Below are positions 18,653 to 29,692 of a stretch of DNA of 64,000 nt, one piece after another. Every line of letters starts with the position of its first letter. The first letter of the stretch is position 1. A program made the position numbers and the translations under genes. The notes under the pieces are model-generated. The model was not told the origin of the DNA. It saw only the letters and a program-made list of their open reading frames with translations, and searched no databases. Source of the stretch: an uncultured Verrucomicrobiae bacterium (GTDB lineage: Bacteria; Verrucomicrobiota; Verrucomicrobiia; Chthoniobacterales; Terrimicrobiaceae). Where the stretch lies: NCBI GenBank assembly GCA_963706955.1, contig CAVPOC010000006.1:96001-160000 (forward strand), written 5' to 3'.

Positions 18653-19936
18653 TTAATTTGTGATGGTTGCTAAGGCGGGCTGAACGCGTTCAATCTCGTT
18701 GGCAACGAGCGCTTCAAATTCGCGGAGACTCGGTTTGATGAGGCGAGGTTCCCCGCAGCGGCCTTGCACGGCTTCCTGAGTCTTCAAGCCGTGCCCGGTG
18801 ATACAGAGCACGATGCTTTCGTCGCGTGGGATTCGGCCGGACTGAATCAGCTTTCTGGCGCACGCGACGGTCACACCGCCGGCAGTCTCAGCAAAGATGC
18901 CGGCTGTTTCCGCCAACAGGCGGATGCCGGAAACGACCTCGTCATCGCTGACGTCCTCTGCGTGGCCGCCCGTTTCTTTCATTGTGCGAATAGCGTAGTA
19001 ACCATCCGCAGGAGTTCCAATGGCGAGGGATTTCACGATGGTTTGGGGGTTCGGCACCGGCTTGACGATTTCGATGCCTTTCTTCATTGCCTCACTGATC
19101 GGCGAACATCCGCTTGCCTGCGCGCCGTGGATGGAGAACGGCTCTTCCTCCAGGATGCCGGTGTGAATAAATTCCTTGTAAGCCTTATGAATTTTCGTGA
19201 GCAACGATCCGCTCGCCATCGGCACCACGGTGTGGCGGGGAAGCTTCCATCCCAGTTGCTCCGCGATCTCGAAGCCCATGCTCTTTGAGCCCTCGGCATA
19301 ATAAGGGCGCAGGTTGACGTTAACGAAACCCCATCCGTACTTGCCGGCAATTTCTGAGCAAAGCCGGTTGACTTGGTCGTAGGCCCCGTGGATTCCAATC
19401 ACGTTGGTGCCATAGACGAGAGAGCCCAAGACCTTACTCTGCTCAAGATCCGCCGGGATCAGAACGTAGCTGCGCAGACCTGCGGCCGCCGCGTTGGCGG
19501 CAACTGCGTTCGCAAGATTGCCGGTGGAAGCGCAGGCCACCACGGAAAAGCCGAGTTCCCGAGCGCGACTCAGAGCCACCGAAACGACCCGGTCTTTGAA
19601 GGATAGCGTCGGGTAGTTGACGGTGTCGTTCTTGATGTAGAGCTCGGAGACACCGAGAGCCTTGGCAAGCCGGTCGCTCTTGATCAGAGGCGTAAACCCC
19701 ACCATTTCGCCCACAGTAGGAACTCCATCGATAGGCAGCAGCTCGCGATAGCGCCACATGCTCTGCGGGCGCGCTGCAAAGATCTCTCGACTGATCTTTT
19801 GGCGAATCGCCTCGTAATCGTAGGCCGCCTCTAGAGGTCCAAAGTCATACTCGCAGATATGAAGGGCCTCCTTCGGATAGAGGCGTCCGCATTCACGGCA
19901 TTTGAGGTTGGAAAAGAAAGGACGGTCTTCGTTCAT
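18653..19936 (-). CDS. Threonine-synthase-family PLP enzyme, probably acting in sulfur amino acid synthesis
   Basis: CRECG..C N-terminus, PTLSFKDR (PLP Lys), ASTGNLA, EGSK, ITGHGLK; GGAGG RBS upstream of the start at 19936. Confidence 0.9.
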   Translation of the reverse strand: MNEDRPFFSNLKCRECGRLYPKEALHICEYDFGPLEAAYDYEAIRQKISREIFAARPQSMWRYRELLPIDGVPTVGEMVGFTPLIKSDRLAKALGVSELYIKNDTVNYPTLSFKDRVVSVALSRARELGFSVVACASTGNLANAVAANAAAAGLRSYVLIPADLEQSKVLGSLVYGTNVIGIHGAYDQVNRLCSEIAGKYGWGFVNVNLRPYYAEGSKSMGFEIAEQLGWKLPRHTVVPMASGSLLTKIHKAYKEFIHTGILEEEPFSIHGAQASGCSPISEAMKKGIEIVKPVPNPQTIVKSLAIGTPADGYYAIRTMKETGGHAEDVSDDEVVSGIRLLAETAGIFAETAGGVTVACARKLIQSGRIPRDESIVLCITGHGLKTQEAVQGRCGEPRLIKPSLREFEALVANEIERVQPALATITN

Positions 19937-20002
19937 GATTGGCCTCCGCTCGAGAGTGAGGGGAGGTGAGGACGGGACCAATCGCCGAGACTCGGCGGTC
20001 AC

Positions 20003-20131
20003 ATCTCATCTGCCCCCGACGCCTTCGCGTCGAAGCTGGATTTGGCACCTGGTCCCCCGTTCGCTGTTCGGCGGGCCGGGGCGGTTGCCGTGGCTTCATT
20101 GGGCCAGTCCCTCTGCCACTCTCGATAAGAT
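20003..20131 (-). ncRNA. SAM-I (S-box) riboswitch
   Basis: Minus strand reads CTTATCGAGAGTGGCAGAGGGACTGGCCCAATGAAGCCACGGCAACC...GGTGCCAAATCC...AGATGAGA, matching the SAM-I core elements. Confidence 0.95.
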
Positions 20132-20749
20132 TGCCCAAAACATTGCGGGCAGACTCCGCTGCGTCAAGAGATTTTCGACTGGCGCGCGCACCACTGGTGA
20201 GCAGGCAGTCCCTCCTCCTGCCACAAAGTCGGAAGAGAAGGCCCCGAATTCGCGCCGGCTGGGAGGGGACGATGTTCAGATTTGCACCGATTCCCACAGA
20301 TAAGAAAGGCCCCGATCTAGAAGGACGCAGGGTCGAGTGTCAGAGAGAATTTATTCTCCCCTCATCGCCTATGTCGGAACACCTTGGGCAACTCTATTTG
20401 AGACGCTCCGCTAAACAGTAAGATCGTTGTCGGACTCTAGGGGGCGCCCCGAGCTATGACTGAAAGGCGAGGCGCGAGGCCGCGATTCGAGAGCCATGAT
20501 TGTGATACTTTCCGCGACGCTCTCCACCAGCTCTCAGTTGATGTTGATGGCCCCCCTAGCGGTCATGATGATCTGCATAACGCGAACAATACCCAGGCCC
20601 CCCACCCAAGCGGCGGGAAACTCCCGGAAGGGTCGATTTCGGGCTGGAGAGAGAAGCTTACCGCAATCTGTGCTTGCGCACAAAGGTAGCTAACGCAATG
20701 AGCCAGGACATGCGGTCCCTTGATCTGGTCAACAGAGCGTGGAGAGGAC

Positions 20750-21244
20750 CTATTTCGCGGCCGCCGCGACGTTAATCACGGAAGTTGCAAGGTCGGTGAG
20801 CTTTTTATCGGTATCCGCCTCTTCGGTAAATGTCGTCTGAAGTAATTGCGCCCCTTTCTTATCACCGAGCAACTCGGCGTAGGTTCGCGCACAGCCGTAA
20901 CCAGCCATCTCGTAGTGTTCGACTCGTTGAGCGGCGGAAATAAGCCCGGCATCACGCACTTCCTCATCCGCTTCTTCCTCAATCATCTCTGCGCCTTCCT
21001 TGAGCAGGCCTTCCATACCTTTGCACTTGGGGCCGCGCGTCGTCTGACTATGGCTGCCCAGAATCCTCTCCAAACGAGCCGCATGTTCTTTGGTTTGCTG
21101 GAGATGCTGCTTGAAGCCGGCGGCGAGTTTCTCGTTGCTGGCCGCTTTGGCCATTTTGGGCAAAGCCGCAATGATCTGTTTCTCCGCGCTGTAGAGATCC
21201 TTCAGCTCGTGAACGTAAAGGTCTTTGAGTGTCTTAAGTTCCAT
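20750..21244 (-). CDS. Ferritin-like DUF892 (YciE/YciF) stress protein
   Basis: ELKDLYSAEKQ, HL.QT..H..RL, CKGMEGL, AAQRVEHYEMAGYG, EE..TDKKL. Confidence 0.92.
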   Translation of the reverse strand: MELKTLKDLYVHELKDLYSAEKQIIAALPKMAKAASNEKLAAGFKQHLQQTKEHAARLERILGSHSQTTRGPKCKGMEGLLKEGAEMIEEEADEEVRDAGLISAAQRVEHYEMAGYGCARTYAELLGDKKGAQLLQTTFTEEADTDKKLTDLATSVINVAAAAK

Positions 21245-21584
21245 ATTCTGTTTGGTGTCAATTGTAGTTTCGAATGACTCGGGACGAATCCAGCAGTGGA
21301 ATCGAAATTCGCCTCCCCTTTGGCCGGTCGGATCATTCAAATTTCGTCAGCCCGAGAATGGGCGAGGTGCGCCTTCCCATCGGGAGGAACCTCGAACGCA
21401 CATTGCCGAGTCCGTACCATGCCCATGGCCGAGGCACTCCCTGCAGTCCGACTTTGTGAGAAGGGGACGGGGCGGCAAGGCCTAGACGGTCGTGACTGCC
21501 TCCTAATCATCGGACTGCCTTTTAGTGATTCCCGGCTGCCTTCGCTTGCAAAAGTCGCCACGGCGGCTATGTATTTTCTCCCTC

Positions 21585-21656
21585 GCATCGCTAGCTCAAT
21601 GGTAGAGCAGGAGACTCTTAATCTCTTGGTTGTAGGTTCGAGTCCTACGCGATGCA
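21585..21656 (+). tRNA. tRNA-Lys(CTT)
   Basis: Cloverleaf: acceptor GCATCGC/GCGATGC, D-arm GCTC/GAGC, anticodon loop CTCTTAA, T-arm GTAGG-TTCGAGT-CCTAC; CCA not encoded. Confidence 0.96.
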
Positions 21657-21857
21657 CGATCGCAAGTCAGGGACTTACACAGAATACGCAATCTCGTGGA
21701 TTGTGAGTTTCCACGTGCTTGCCACTTTAAGTCAACCCCGTAAACAGTCTTCTCAGAGCCGACAGTTGAACATTCCCGGTAATACCCGAGAACGGCGCGG
21801 GCAGGCTGAAAGAGAGTTGTTACTCGCCGAGAAGCAGCTTCCGCTTTAGTCAATCCT

Positions 21858-21875
21858 TCTTAGCAAAATCTTAAC
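21858..21875 (+). promoter_or_regulatory. Candidate KdpE (OmpR-type) direct-repeat site
   Basis: TCTTAGC-AAAA-TCTTAAC with an 11-bp period, about 55 bp upstream of kdpA. Confidence 0.4.
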
Positions 21876-21931
21876 GCGATCGACGGATGTCTTAATTATC
21901 GGGCGTGGCGCTGGGAAACTAAACTCGTGGC

Positions 21932-23604
21932 ATGTCTTCACGGGATTTCGTTCAGCTCGGCCTCTATCTGTTCGCGCTGGTTGTTGCGACGCCGATACTT
22001 GGCGCGTTCATGGCACAGGCGCTTCAGGGTGGGCCGACACTGCTTTCGCGGCTCTTGCGTCCAATGGAAAGAGCGATCTATCGGGGGGCCGGAGTGGATG
22101 AAACACGCGCGATGCGGTGGACGGAGTATTGTCTGGCGCTGTTAGCCTTCAACGCGGTCGGCTTCGCGTTCCTCTTTATCCTTCAGCTTATCCAAGGGTG
22201 GCTGCCGCTAAATCCGGCAAGGCTCGGCAATGTGCCGGTGTCCACTCGCGTTCAACACGGCCGTCAGCTTCATGACTAACACGAACTGGCAAGCGTATTC
22301 GGGGGAGGCGACGATGAGCTACCTTATGCAGATGCTCGGCCTCACGGTGCAGAATTTCGTGAGTGCGGCGACGGGCATCGCTGCCATGCTCGCTCTCACA
22401 CGCGCGCTCGTCGGTCGCTCCGCGAATGCGCTCGGCAATTTCTGGGCTGATCTGACACGCAGCACACTCTATGTGCTCCTGCCTCTCTCGCTCGTTTTCG
22501 CCGTCGTGCTGGTGAGCCAAGGAGTCGTGCAGACCTTCGCCAGTTACGCGCAGGCGACAACGCTGGAAGGAGCGACGCAACAAATCCCGCTCGGCCCGGC
22601 AGCCTCGCAGATTGCGATCAAGCAGCTCGGGACTAACGGCGGCGGTTTCTTCGGCGTGAATAGCGCGCACCCGTTTGAAAATCCCACGCCCCTCTCGAAC
22701 TTCCTCGAAGTGCTCGCGATCTTGCTGATTCCGGCGGCGCTGACTTACACCTATGGGACGATGGTCGGGGACCGTCGCCAGGGTTGGGTGCTCTTCGGAA
22801 CGATGATGGCGCTTTTTCTCGCGGGGTTTGCCGTCACGTGGTGGGGCGAAATCTCCGCAGGCACGCTCGAGGGAAAAGAGATGCGCTTCGGCGTCTTCAA
22901 CAGCGCGCTTTGGGCAACTGCAACGACGGACGCTTCCAATGGTTCGATTAACGCGATGCACGACAGCTTTTCGCCGCTCGGCGGCATGGTGCCGATGCTC
23001 AACATCATGCTCGGCGAGGTGATCTTCGGTGGCGTCGGCGCCGGCATGTACGGCATGCTGATGTTCGTCATCCTCACCGTCTTCATCGCGGGACTAATGG
23101 TCGGACGCACGCCGGAATACCTCGGCAAGAAGATCGAGGCGCCAGAGATTCGCTGGGCGGTAATCGCGGTGCTGTTGCCTTGCGCTTTAATTCTCGCTCG
23201 GATCGGCGGTCGCATGCGTGCTGCCCAATGCCCTGGCATCGCTCAACAACAACGGGCCACATGGATTGAGCGAGATTCTCTATGCCTTCGCATCGGCTGC
23301 GGGAAACAACGGCAGTGCCTTCGCCGGGCTTAACGCCAACACGAACTTCTATAACTACGTGCTCGGAGTCGTGATGCTGCTGGGACGCTTTGGTGTCATC
23401 ATCCCGGCGCTCGCGATCGCGGGAAGTCTGGCGCCGAAGAAGATTGCGCCGGTGACTGCGGGAACATTCCCAACCGATGGCGCCACCTTCGCTTGCTTGC
23501 TGATGGCAGTGATTCTGATCATCGGGGCGCTGACGTTCTTTCCGGCACTCAGCCTCGGCCCGATCGCTGAGCATCTGCTAATGCAGCAAGGACGGATGTT
23601 TTGA
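21932..23604 (+). pseudogene. kdpA: K+-transporting ATPase subunit A (2 apparent frameshifts, possibly sequencing error)
   Basis: [58 protein letters not shown] spread over three frames; extra bases near 22241 and 23196. Confidence 0.92.
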
Positions 23605-23613
23605 CCCAACTTC

Positions 23614-25694
23614 ATGAATCCAAAAGTCTCATCATTGCTCGAGCCGACGCTCTTGCGAACAGCCATGGTCGAGAGCGTCAAGAAACTCGATCCGCGCGTT
23701 CAATGGCGAAATCCGGTGATGTTCGTAGTGCTGATCGGCGCAGTCCTCACGACTCTGACATCTGTTTCACGAATTCACGCTTTTCACATCGCAAATTACG
23801 CTCTGGCTTTGGTTCACGTTGCTCTTTGCAAACTTTGCTGAGGCAATGGCCGAAGGCCGCGGCAAGGCGCACGCGGATACGTTGCGCAAGATGCGCACGA
23901 AAACCGTTGCCCGGCGGCTGCGCAATGGCGACGAGGAAAAGGTCGTGGCGAGCGAGTTGCGACGCGGAGACTTGGTGGTTTGTGAAGCAGGCGATATTAT
24001 TCCTGCTGATGGTGACGTGATCGAAGGCATCGCCAGCGTCGATGAAGCAGCGATGACTGGCGAGTCTGCTCCGGTGATCCGCGAGAGCGGCGGGGATCGC
24101 AGTGCGGTCACTGGCGGAACGCGCGTTTTGAGCGACCGAATTGTCGTCCGCGTGACTTCCGAGCGAGGCCAGTCGTTTCTCGATCGCATGATTCTAATGA
24201 TCGAGGGGGCGGTGCGGCAGAAGACACCTAACGAGATCGCGCTCGGTATCTTGCTCGTAAGCCTGACGGTTCTATTCATCCTCACGGTCGCTACGTTGCC
24301 GCTGTTCGCGCGCTACAGCGAGAAGGCCGCCTCGCAGCCTGGCGTCGTGAACACATCGATTCCCGTGCTCGTGTCGCTATTGGTTTGTTTGATTCCTACG
24401 ACTATCGGCGCGCTCTTAAGCGCGATTGGTATCAGTGGCATCGACCGCATGATGCGGCGAAACGTGCTCGCCACAAGTGGACGCGCAGTCGAGGCGGCTG
24501 GTGACATCGACGTGCTGTTGCTGGATAAAACCGGCACAATCACACTCGGAAATCGCCAGGCGAGTGCGTTCCTCCCTGCGCCGGGCGTGAATGAAAAAGC
24601 TCTTGCCGTGGCGGCGCATCTAGCCTCACTCGCCGATGAAACACCCGAGGGTCGTTCCATCGTCGTGCTGGCAAAGGAAAAGTTCGGCCTTCGCGCGAAA
24701 GAAATCGGCGAAATGCACGCGCACCTGGTGCCCTTTACGGCGCAGACACGCATGAGCGGCGTGGACATTCCCGGTCATGACGGCCAGCCCATGAACTTGC
24801 TGCGCAAGGGCGCATTCACCGAGGTTCGAGCCTGCGGTCAGAATCCAAGGGCGGCAGCTTCCCGCAAGAGGTCGAGGTTACTGTGAACGCGATTTCGCAC
24901 GCCGGGGGCACACCGCTGGTGGTTGCCGACGCTCGGCAGGTGCTTGGGGTCATTCACCTGAAGGATATAGTCAAGGGAGGGATTCGAGGAGCGCTTCATG
25001 CAACTGAGTAAAATGGGGATCCGCACGGTGATGATCACCGGCGATAATCCGCAAGACTGCAGCGGCAATTGCGGCTGAGGCTGGCGTGGACGATTTCATG
25101 GCACAGGCGACGCCCGAGGACAAACTCACGCGCATCCGCAAAGAACAAGCGGAAGGCCGACTCGTCGCGATGGCTGGCGATGGCACCAACGATGCGCCTG
25201 CGCTCGCGCAAGCCGACGTCGGTCTGGCGATGAACACCGGAACGCAAGCCGCGCGCGAGGCCGGCAATATGGTCGACCTGGAGAGCAATCCGACGAAGCT
25301 CATCGAAATCGTCGAGATTGGGAAGCAGTTGCTGATGACGCGCGGCTCGCTGACTACCTTCTCCATCGCCAATGATGTCGCGAAATACTTCGCAATCCTT
25401 CCGGCGATGTTCGCTGCGCTCTATGCGACACAAGGTCAGCGCGGGCCGCTTGCGGCGCTTGACATCATGCGGCTCCACTCCCCTGAGAGCGCGATCCTGA
25501 GCGCCGTTATCTTCAATGCGCTCATCATTGTCGCACTCATTCCACTCGCGCTCAGAGGCGTGCGTTATCGCGCCCTCGGTGCCGCGGCCATTCTCCAACG
25601 CAACGTCTTAATTTACGGCCTGGGTGGACTCATCGCACCATTTGTCGGCATCAAGCTGATCGATCTAATACTGACCGCTCTTCGGCTCGCATAA
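23614..25694 (+). pseudogene. kdpB: K+-transporting ATPase subunit B (~5 apparent frameshifts, possibly sequencing error)
   Basis: [41 protein letters not shown]; extra bases near 23770, 24835, 24840, 24986 and 25052. Confidence 0.92.
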
Positions 25695-25697
25695 TCC

Positions 25698-26259
25698 ATG
25701 AAAATTGCTTTCCAATCTTTGCGAATCTTCGCGGTGCTCACGGTTCTAACGGGCGTCTCTATCCGCTCGCCGTCACGGGTATCAGTTGGATCTGTTTTCG
25801 CGATAAGGCGAACGGCAGCCTGGTCACACGGGATGGCAAGACAATCGGTTCATCGCTGCTGGCGCAAAAGTTCGAGAGCGACCGAGTACTTCTGGCCGCG
25901 ACCTTCCGCGGTTGACTTCGCGACCGTTGCCTCCGGAGCCAGCAATCTCGGACTTACGAGCGCAAAGCTGAACGAACAAGTCGCGGAGCGTGCGGCTAAG
26001 CTGCGCGAGGCACATCATCTTTCTGCCGATGCACGCCTCGCTCTCGACATGATCTACACTTCGGGGAGCGGACTCGACCCACACATTTCGCCCGAAGCCG
26101 CGCGCTCGCAGGTGGCCCGCGTAGCGAAAGCAAGAAATCTTGATGAAAACCGAGTGACCGAGTTGCTAGATCGTTCGACCGAAGGTCCGCAGCTCACCGT
26201 CCTGGGTGAACCCCGCGTGAACGTGCTGAAGCTGAACCTCGATGCTGGATGCCATGTGA
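25698..26259 (+). pseudogene. kdpC: K+-transporting ATPase subunit C (~3 apparent frameshifts, possibly sequencing error)
   Basis: YFWPRPSA, SGASNL, SGSGLDPHISP, GEPRVNVLKLN; indels near 25757, 25880 and 26241. Confidence 0.88.
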
Positions 26260-26271
26260 TAAGTTCCTGTC

Positions 26272-28953
26272 GTGCCGAACGAGCCGAAGAGACCTGATCC
26301 CGATAAGCTTCTCGCCGCCATCAAGTCGGGTGAGGCGCGCGCGAAGCGAGGGACTCTACGCATCTTTTTCGGCATGGCACCGGGAGTGGGCAAAACCTAC
26401 GCCATGCTGCGGGCGGCAAAGCAGCGGCTTGCCGAAGGTGTAGATGTGGTCGCCGGCGTCATTGAAACCCATGGTCGCGCCGAGACTGAAGCGCTTTTGT
26501 TCGATTTCCCTCAGATTCCGCGACAGAAGGTGGAGTATCGTGGCATTGAGTTGAGTGAATTCGATCTCGATGCAGTGCTCGAGCGCAAGCCGCGGCTGAC
26601 GCTCGTGGATGAGCTGGCTCATACGAATGCGCCCGGTAGCCGGCATCCGAAACGCTACCAGGACGTGCTCGAACTTCTCGATGCCGGAATCGACGTTTAC
26701 ACGACGCTCAACGTGCAGCACGTCGATAGTCGCGCCGATATCGTGGCACAAATCAGCGGCACGATTGTGCGCGAGACGGTGCCGGATTCCGTTCTCGATG
26801 CTGCTGAGGTCGAGCTGGTGGACCTCACGCCAGACCACCTGTTGAAGCGCCTGGCCGAGGGGAAGGTCTACCTCGGTGATCGCGCCGTTGCCGCTGCGGA
26901 AAACTTTTTCAAGCCAGGGAACCTAACCGCGTTACGGGAAATGGCCTTGCGGTTTACCGCCGAACGGGTGAATCACGAGCTCCGCGATTTCATGCGCTCG
27001 CGCCAGATTGTCGGGCCGTGGAAAGCTGGCGAGCGCCTCTTGGTTGCGGTGAGTTCCAGTCCTTACTCCGAGCCGCTCATTCGCTGGACGCGCCGAGCGG
27101 CGGCGGGCCTCGATTCGCCGTGGATTGCCGTGCACGTTGAATCCACCAAGTCGCTTTCCGATGAGGAAAAAACCCGTCTCACCCGAAACCTGTCACTGGC
27201 ACGTGAACTCGGCGGGGAAGTGATCGCCACAACCGGTGAAGATATTGTCGAAGCGCTCTTGCGCATCGCGCGACAGAACAACGTCACGCAAATCGTGCTC
27301 GGGAAATCATTTCGGCCCCCTTTTTTCGATTTCATCCGCGGCGGCTCGCTAGTCGATCGGGTCATCCGCAAAAGCGGCAACATCGACGTTTACGTCGTTC
27401 GTGCAGAAACCGAGGAGAGAACGGCGACGCGTTTCCGGCAGACACCGACCTTTGCCCCCGCCCGCGAATACTTGATTGCAGTCGGTGGCGTCGCTTTGCT
27501 CACCCTAGCATGTTCATTTCTTACACCGATTACCGGCTACTGGGCCATCTCGCTTATCTACCTGACGGCTGTGTTGCTGGCGGGCCTCATTCTCAGCCGC
27601 GGACCCGTATTGGTCGTGGCAGGCCTAAGTGCATTGCTCTGGGACTTCCTCTTCATCCCGCCGCTCTTCACGTTCTACATCGGCAAGGCGCAAGATGCGC
27701 TGATGTTCGTCATGTATTTCGTCGTCGCGCTTGTGGTAGGGCATCTCACAGGGAGGCTGAAAGCGCGCGAGCAAACCGAACGCCGCCGCGAGCAGCGAGC
27801 AACCGCACTCTATCAAGTCGTCCGCGCGCTAGCCGCGGCGCCGTCGCTGGATAACGCCTTCGTCGCCGCGGCACGCCAGATCAACGATCTGCTGACCGCG
27901 AAATCGACGGTGCTCTTCGACCCGGCGCTCTTTGATCCGGACAGTGGAAGCTCAGAGCTAATCCCGTATCCGCTGAGTCTCGCGGCGATGTCGGAAAAGG
28001 AGAAAGGTGTGGCCACCTGGTGCTACTTGAACGGCCAGCCAGCAGGCCGTTTGACCGACACGTTGCGCGAAGCGGACGCCCTCTATCTTCCGATCAAACG
28101 GCTTAAAGACACCGTCGGCGTCCTCCGCGTGGAGCTACCTGAAGACGCTGGGCTTTCCTTCGCGGAACGTCAGCTTCTCGAGGCCTTTGCTGATCAGCTC
28201 GCCGAAGTGATCGAACGCGAGCGACTGATCCAAGTCGCACATCGCGCGCAGCTAACCGCGGAAGCCGAGCGGCTCCGTAAAACTCTGCTCGACTGCGTAT
28301 CGCACGAGCTGAAGACCCCGATTGCCGCGGTCACCGCAGCCAGCGAGAGCCTCCTGCGCGAAGTGCCGCTCGCCATGCAGCAGGAACTCGCGCGCGAAGT
28401 CCAGCAAGGTGCCAAACGGCTCAATCGGGTGGTTAATCACCTTCTCGACATGACGCGCATTGAGAGCGGCGTGCTCAAGCCAAAACTGGAGTGGTGCGAA
28501 GTGCGCGAGCTGCTGCAATCCGCACAGGAGACAGAGCGCGATGCGCTCGCCGGACGCGAGGTGGCGATCAGCGTCCCGGTGACTACGCCGCTAATATTAG
28601 TCGATGTTTCATTGATCGAGCAAGCTGTCGGGAAGCTTCTCGTAAATGCCGCCAGCTATAGCCCGGCCGGGACACCCATTGAGGTCACCGCAAACTTCGA
28701 CGGCAGCGACCTTCGCATTTCCGTGAGCGACCAAGGCGCGGGTCTGCAGCCTGGAGACGAACAACGGGTCTTTGAGAAGTTCTATCGTGGTGATGGTGCG
28801 CGGGCGGGTGGACTTGGCTTGGGCCTCTCGATCGCGCGTGGCTTTGTTGAGGCACATGGCGGCAAGATCATCTCGGAAAATCGACCGGAAGGCGGCGCCT
28901 GCTTCACGATCTCTGTGCCCGTGGCAACCTCCCGTTTAGATCGAACTGCATGA
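26272..28953 (+). CDS. kdpD: Sensor histidine kinase KdpD
   Basis: GMAPGVGKTYAML, VDELAHTN, USP domain, 4 TM, SHELKTP H-box, GLGLGLSI; intact 893 aa. Confidence 0.96.
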   Translation: MPNEPKRPDPDKLLAAIKSGEARAKRGTLRIFFGMAPGVGKTYAMLRAAKQRLAEGVDVVAGVIETHGRAETEALLFDFPQIPRQKVEYRGIELSEFDLDAVLERKPRLTLVDELAHTNAPGSRHPKRYQDVLELLDAGIDVYTTLNVQHVDSRADIVAQISGTIVRETVPDSVLDAAEVELVDLTPDHLLKRLAEGKVYLGDRAVAAAENFFKPGNLTALREMALRFTAERVNHELRDFMRSRQIVGPWKAGERLLVAVSSSPYSEPLIRWTRRAAAGLDSPWIAVHVESTKSLSDEEKTRLTRNLSLARELGGEVIATTGEDIVEALLRIARQNNVTQIVLGKSFRPPFFDFIRGGSLVDRVIRKSGNIDVYVVRAETEERTATRFRQTPTFAPAREYLIAVGGVALLTLACSFLTPITGYWAISLIYLTAVLLAGLILSRGPVLVVAGLSALLWDFLFIPPLFTFYIGKAQDALMFVMYFVVALVVGHLTGRLKAREQTERRREQRATALYQVVRALAAAPSLDNAFVAAARQINDLLTAKSTVLFDPALFDPDSGSSELIPYPLSLAAMSEKEKGVATWCYLNGQPAGRLTDTLREADALYLPIKRLKDTVGVLRVELPEDAGLSFAERQLLEAFADQLAEVIERERLIQVAHRAQLTAEAERLRKTLLDCVSHELKTPIAAVTAASESLLREVPLAMQQELAREVQQGAKRLNRVVNHLLDMTRIESGVLKPKLEWCEVRELLQSAQETERDALAGREVAISVPVTTPLILVDVSLIEQAVGKLLVNAASYSPAGTPIEVTANFDGSDLRISVSDQGAGLQPGDEQRVFEKFYRGDGARAGGLGLGLSIARGFVEAHGGKIISENRPEGGACFTISVPVATSRLDRTA

Positions 28954-29639
28954 AAACTGGCCCTGTCGCCCTGATCATCGATGACGAAAAACAGATTCGC
29001 CGCCTCGTCAGATTTGCCTTGGAAAGCGAGCGCTACCAAGTCTTCGACGCGGAGAGCGCAGAGCAAGGACTGACCGAAGCCGTCTATCGCCGGCCGGATG
29101 TTGTCGTCCTCGATCTTGGACTACCTGACATGGACGGCGTCGAGGTGCTGCGCCGTCTCCGGGAATGGAGCCAAGCCCCGGTGCTGATTCTGTCCGTTCG
29201 CGATGACCCTGACGAGAAGGTCGCCGCACTCGATGCTGGCGCCGACGACTACGTTACAAAGCCGTTTAACACCGCCGAGTTGCTCGCGCGGCTGCGTGTT
29301 ATCCAGCGTCGCTCACTTGCCGAGTCCGGCGAACCAATCTTCGAATGCGGAGGCCTTCGCGTCGACCTGGCCGCGCGCCGGGTCACGTTTGACGGCGCCG
29401 AGGTCAAACTGACTGCGACCGAGTATGGGCTCCTCCGAACCCTGGTGCAGCACGCTGGAAAAGTGGTCACGCACAAGCAGCTCCTGCGATCGGTATGGGG
29501 CGAGAAAGCCGAAAACCAGGCACAGTACCTCCGCGTTCATATCACGCACGTGCGGCAGAAAATCGAACCTGACAGCGCTCATCCACGCCTCATCAAGACT
29601 GAGACCGGCATCGGTTATCGACTCAGTCTTGAGATGTGA
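28950..29639 (+). CDS. kdpE: Response regulator KdpE
   Basis: LDLGLPDMDG, GADDYVTKPF, YLRVHI, TETGIGYRL; overlaps the kdpD stop codon. Confidence 0.95.
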   Translation: MKTGPVALIIDDEKQIRRLVRFALESERYQVFDAESAEQGLTEAVYRRPDVVVLDLGLPDMDGVEVLRRLREWSQAPVLILSVRDDPDEKVAALDAGADDYVTKPFNTAELLARLRVIQRRSLAESGEPIFECGGLRVDLAARRVTFDGAEVKLTATEYGLLRTLVQHAGKVVTHKQLLRSVWGEKAENQAQYLRVHITHVRQKIEPDSAHPRLIKTETGIGYRLSLEM

Positions 29640-29692
29640 GGCGAACGCTGCGCGGCTTCTGCCATTCATGTTTGGTATTAATTTTACCTCCA

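Noticed and set aside
20132..20749. ~600-bp gap with short ORFs and a duplicated AAGGCCCCGA
   Set aside because: No recognisable protein motif, RNA family or array structure.
21720..21800. Fragments (AACCCCGTA, GCCGACAG) reminiscent of the c-di-AMP (ydaO) riboswitch upstream of kdp
   Set aside because: The motifs are in the wrong order and the 5' conserved elements are missing.
22941..22963. GGTTCG....ACGCGATGCACGA resembles the 3' end of tRNA-Lys (13-nt identity), a possible att site
   Set aside because: It lies inside kdpA and encodes the conserved GSINAMHD motif, so it is most likely chance; no integrase is nearby.
22241..26241. Programmed frameshifting or phase variation in kdpABC
   Set aside because: There are too many sites and no slippery or simple-repeat tracts at them.
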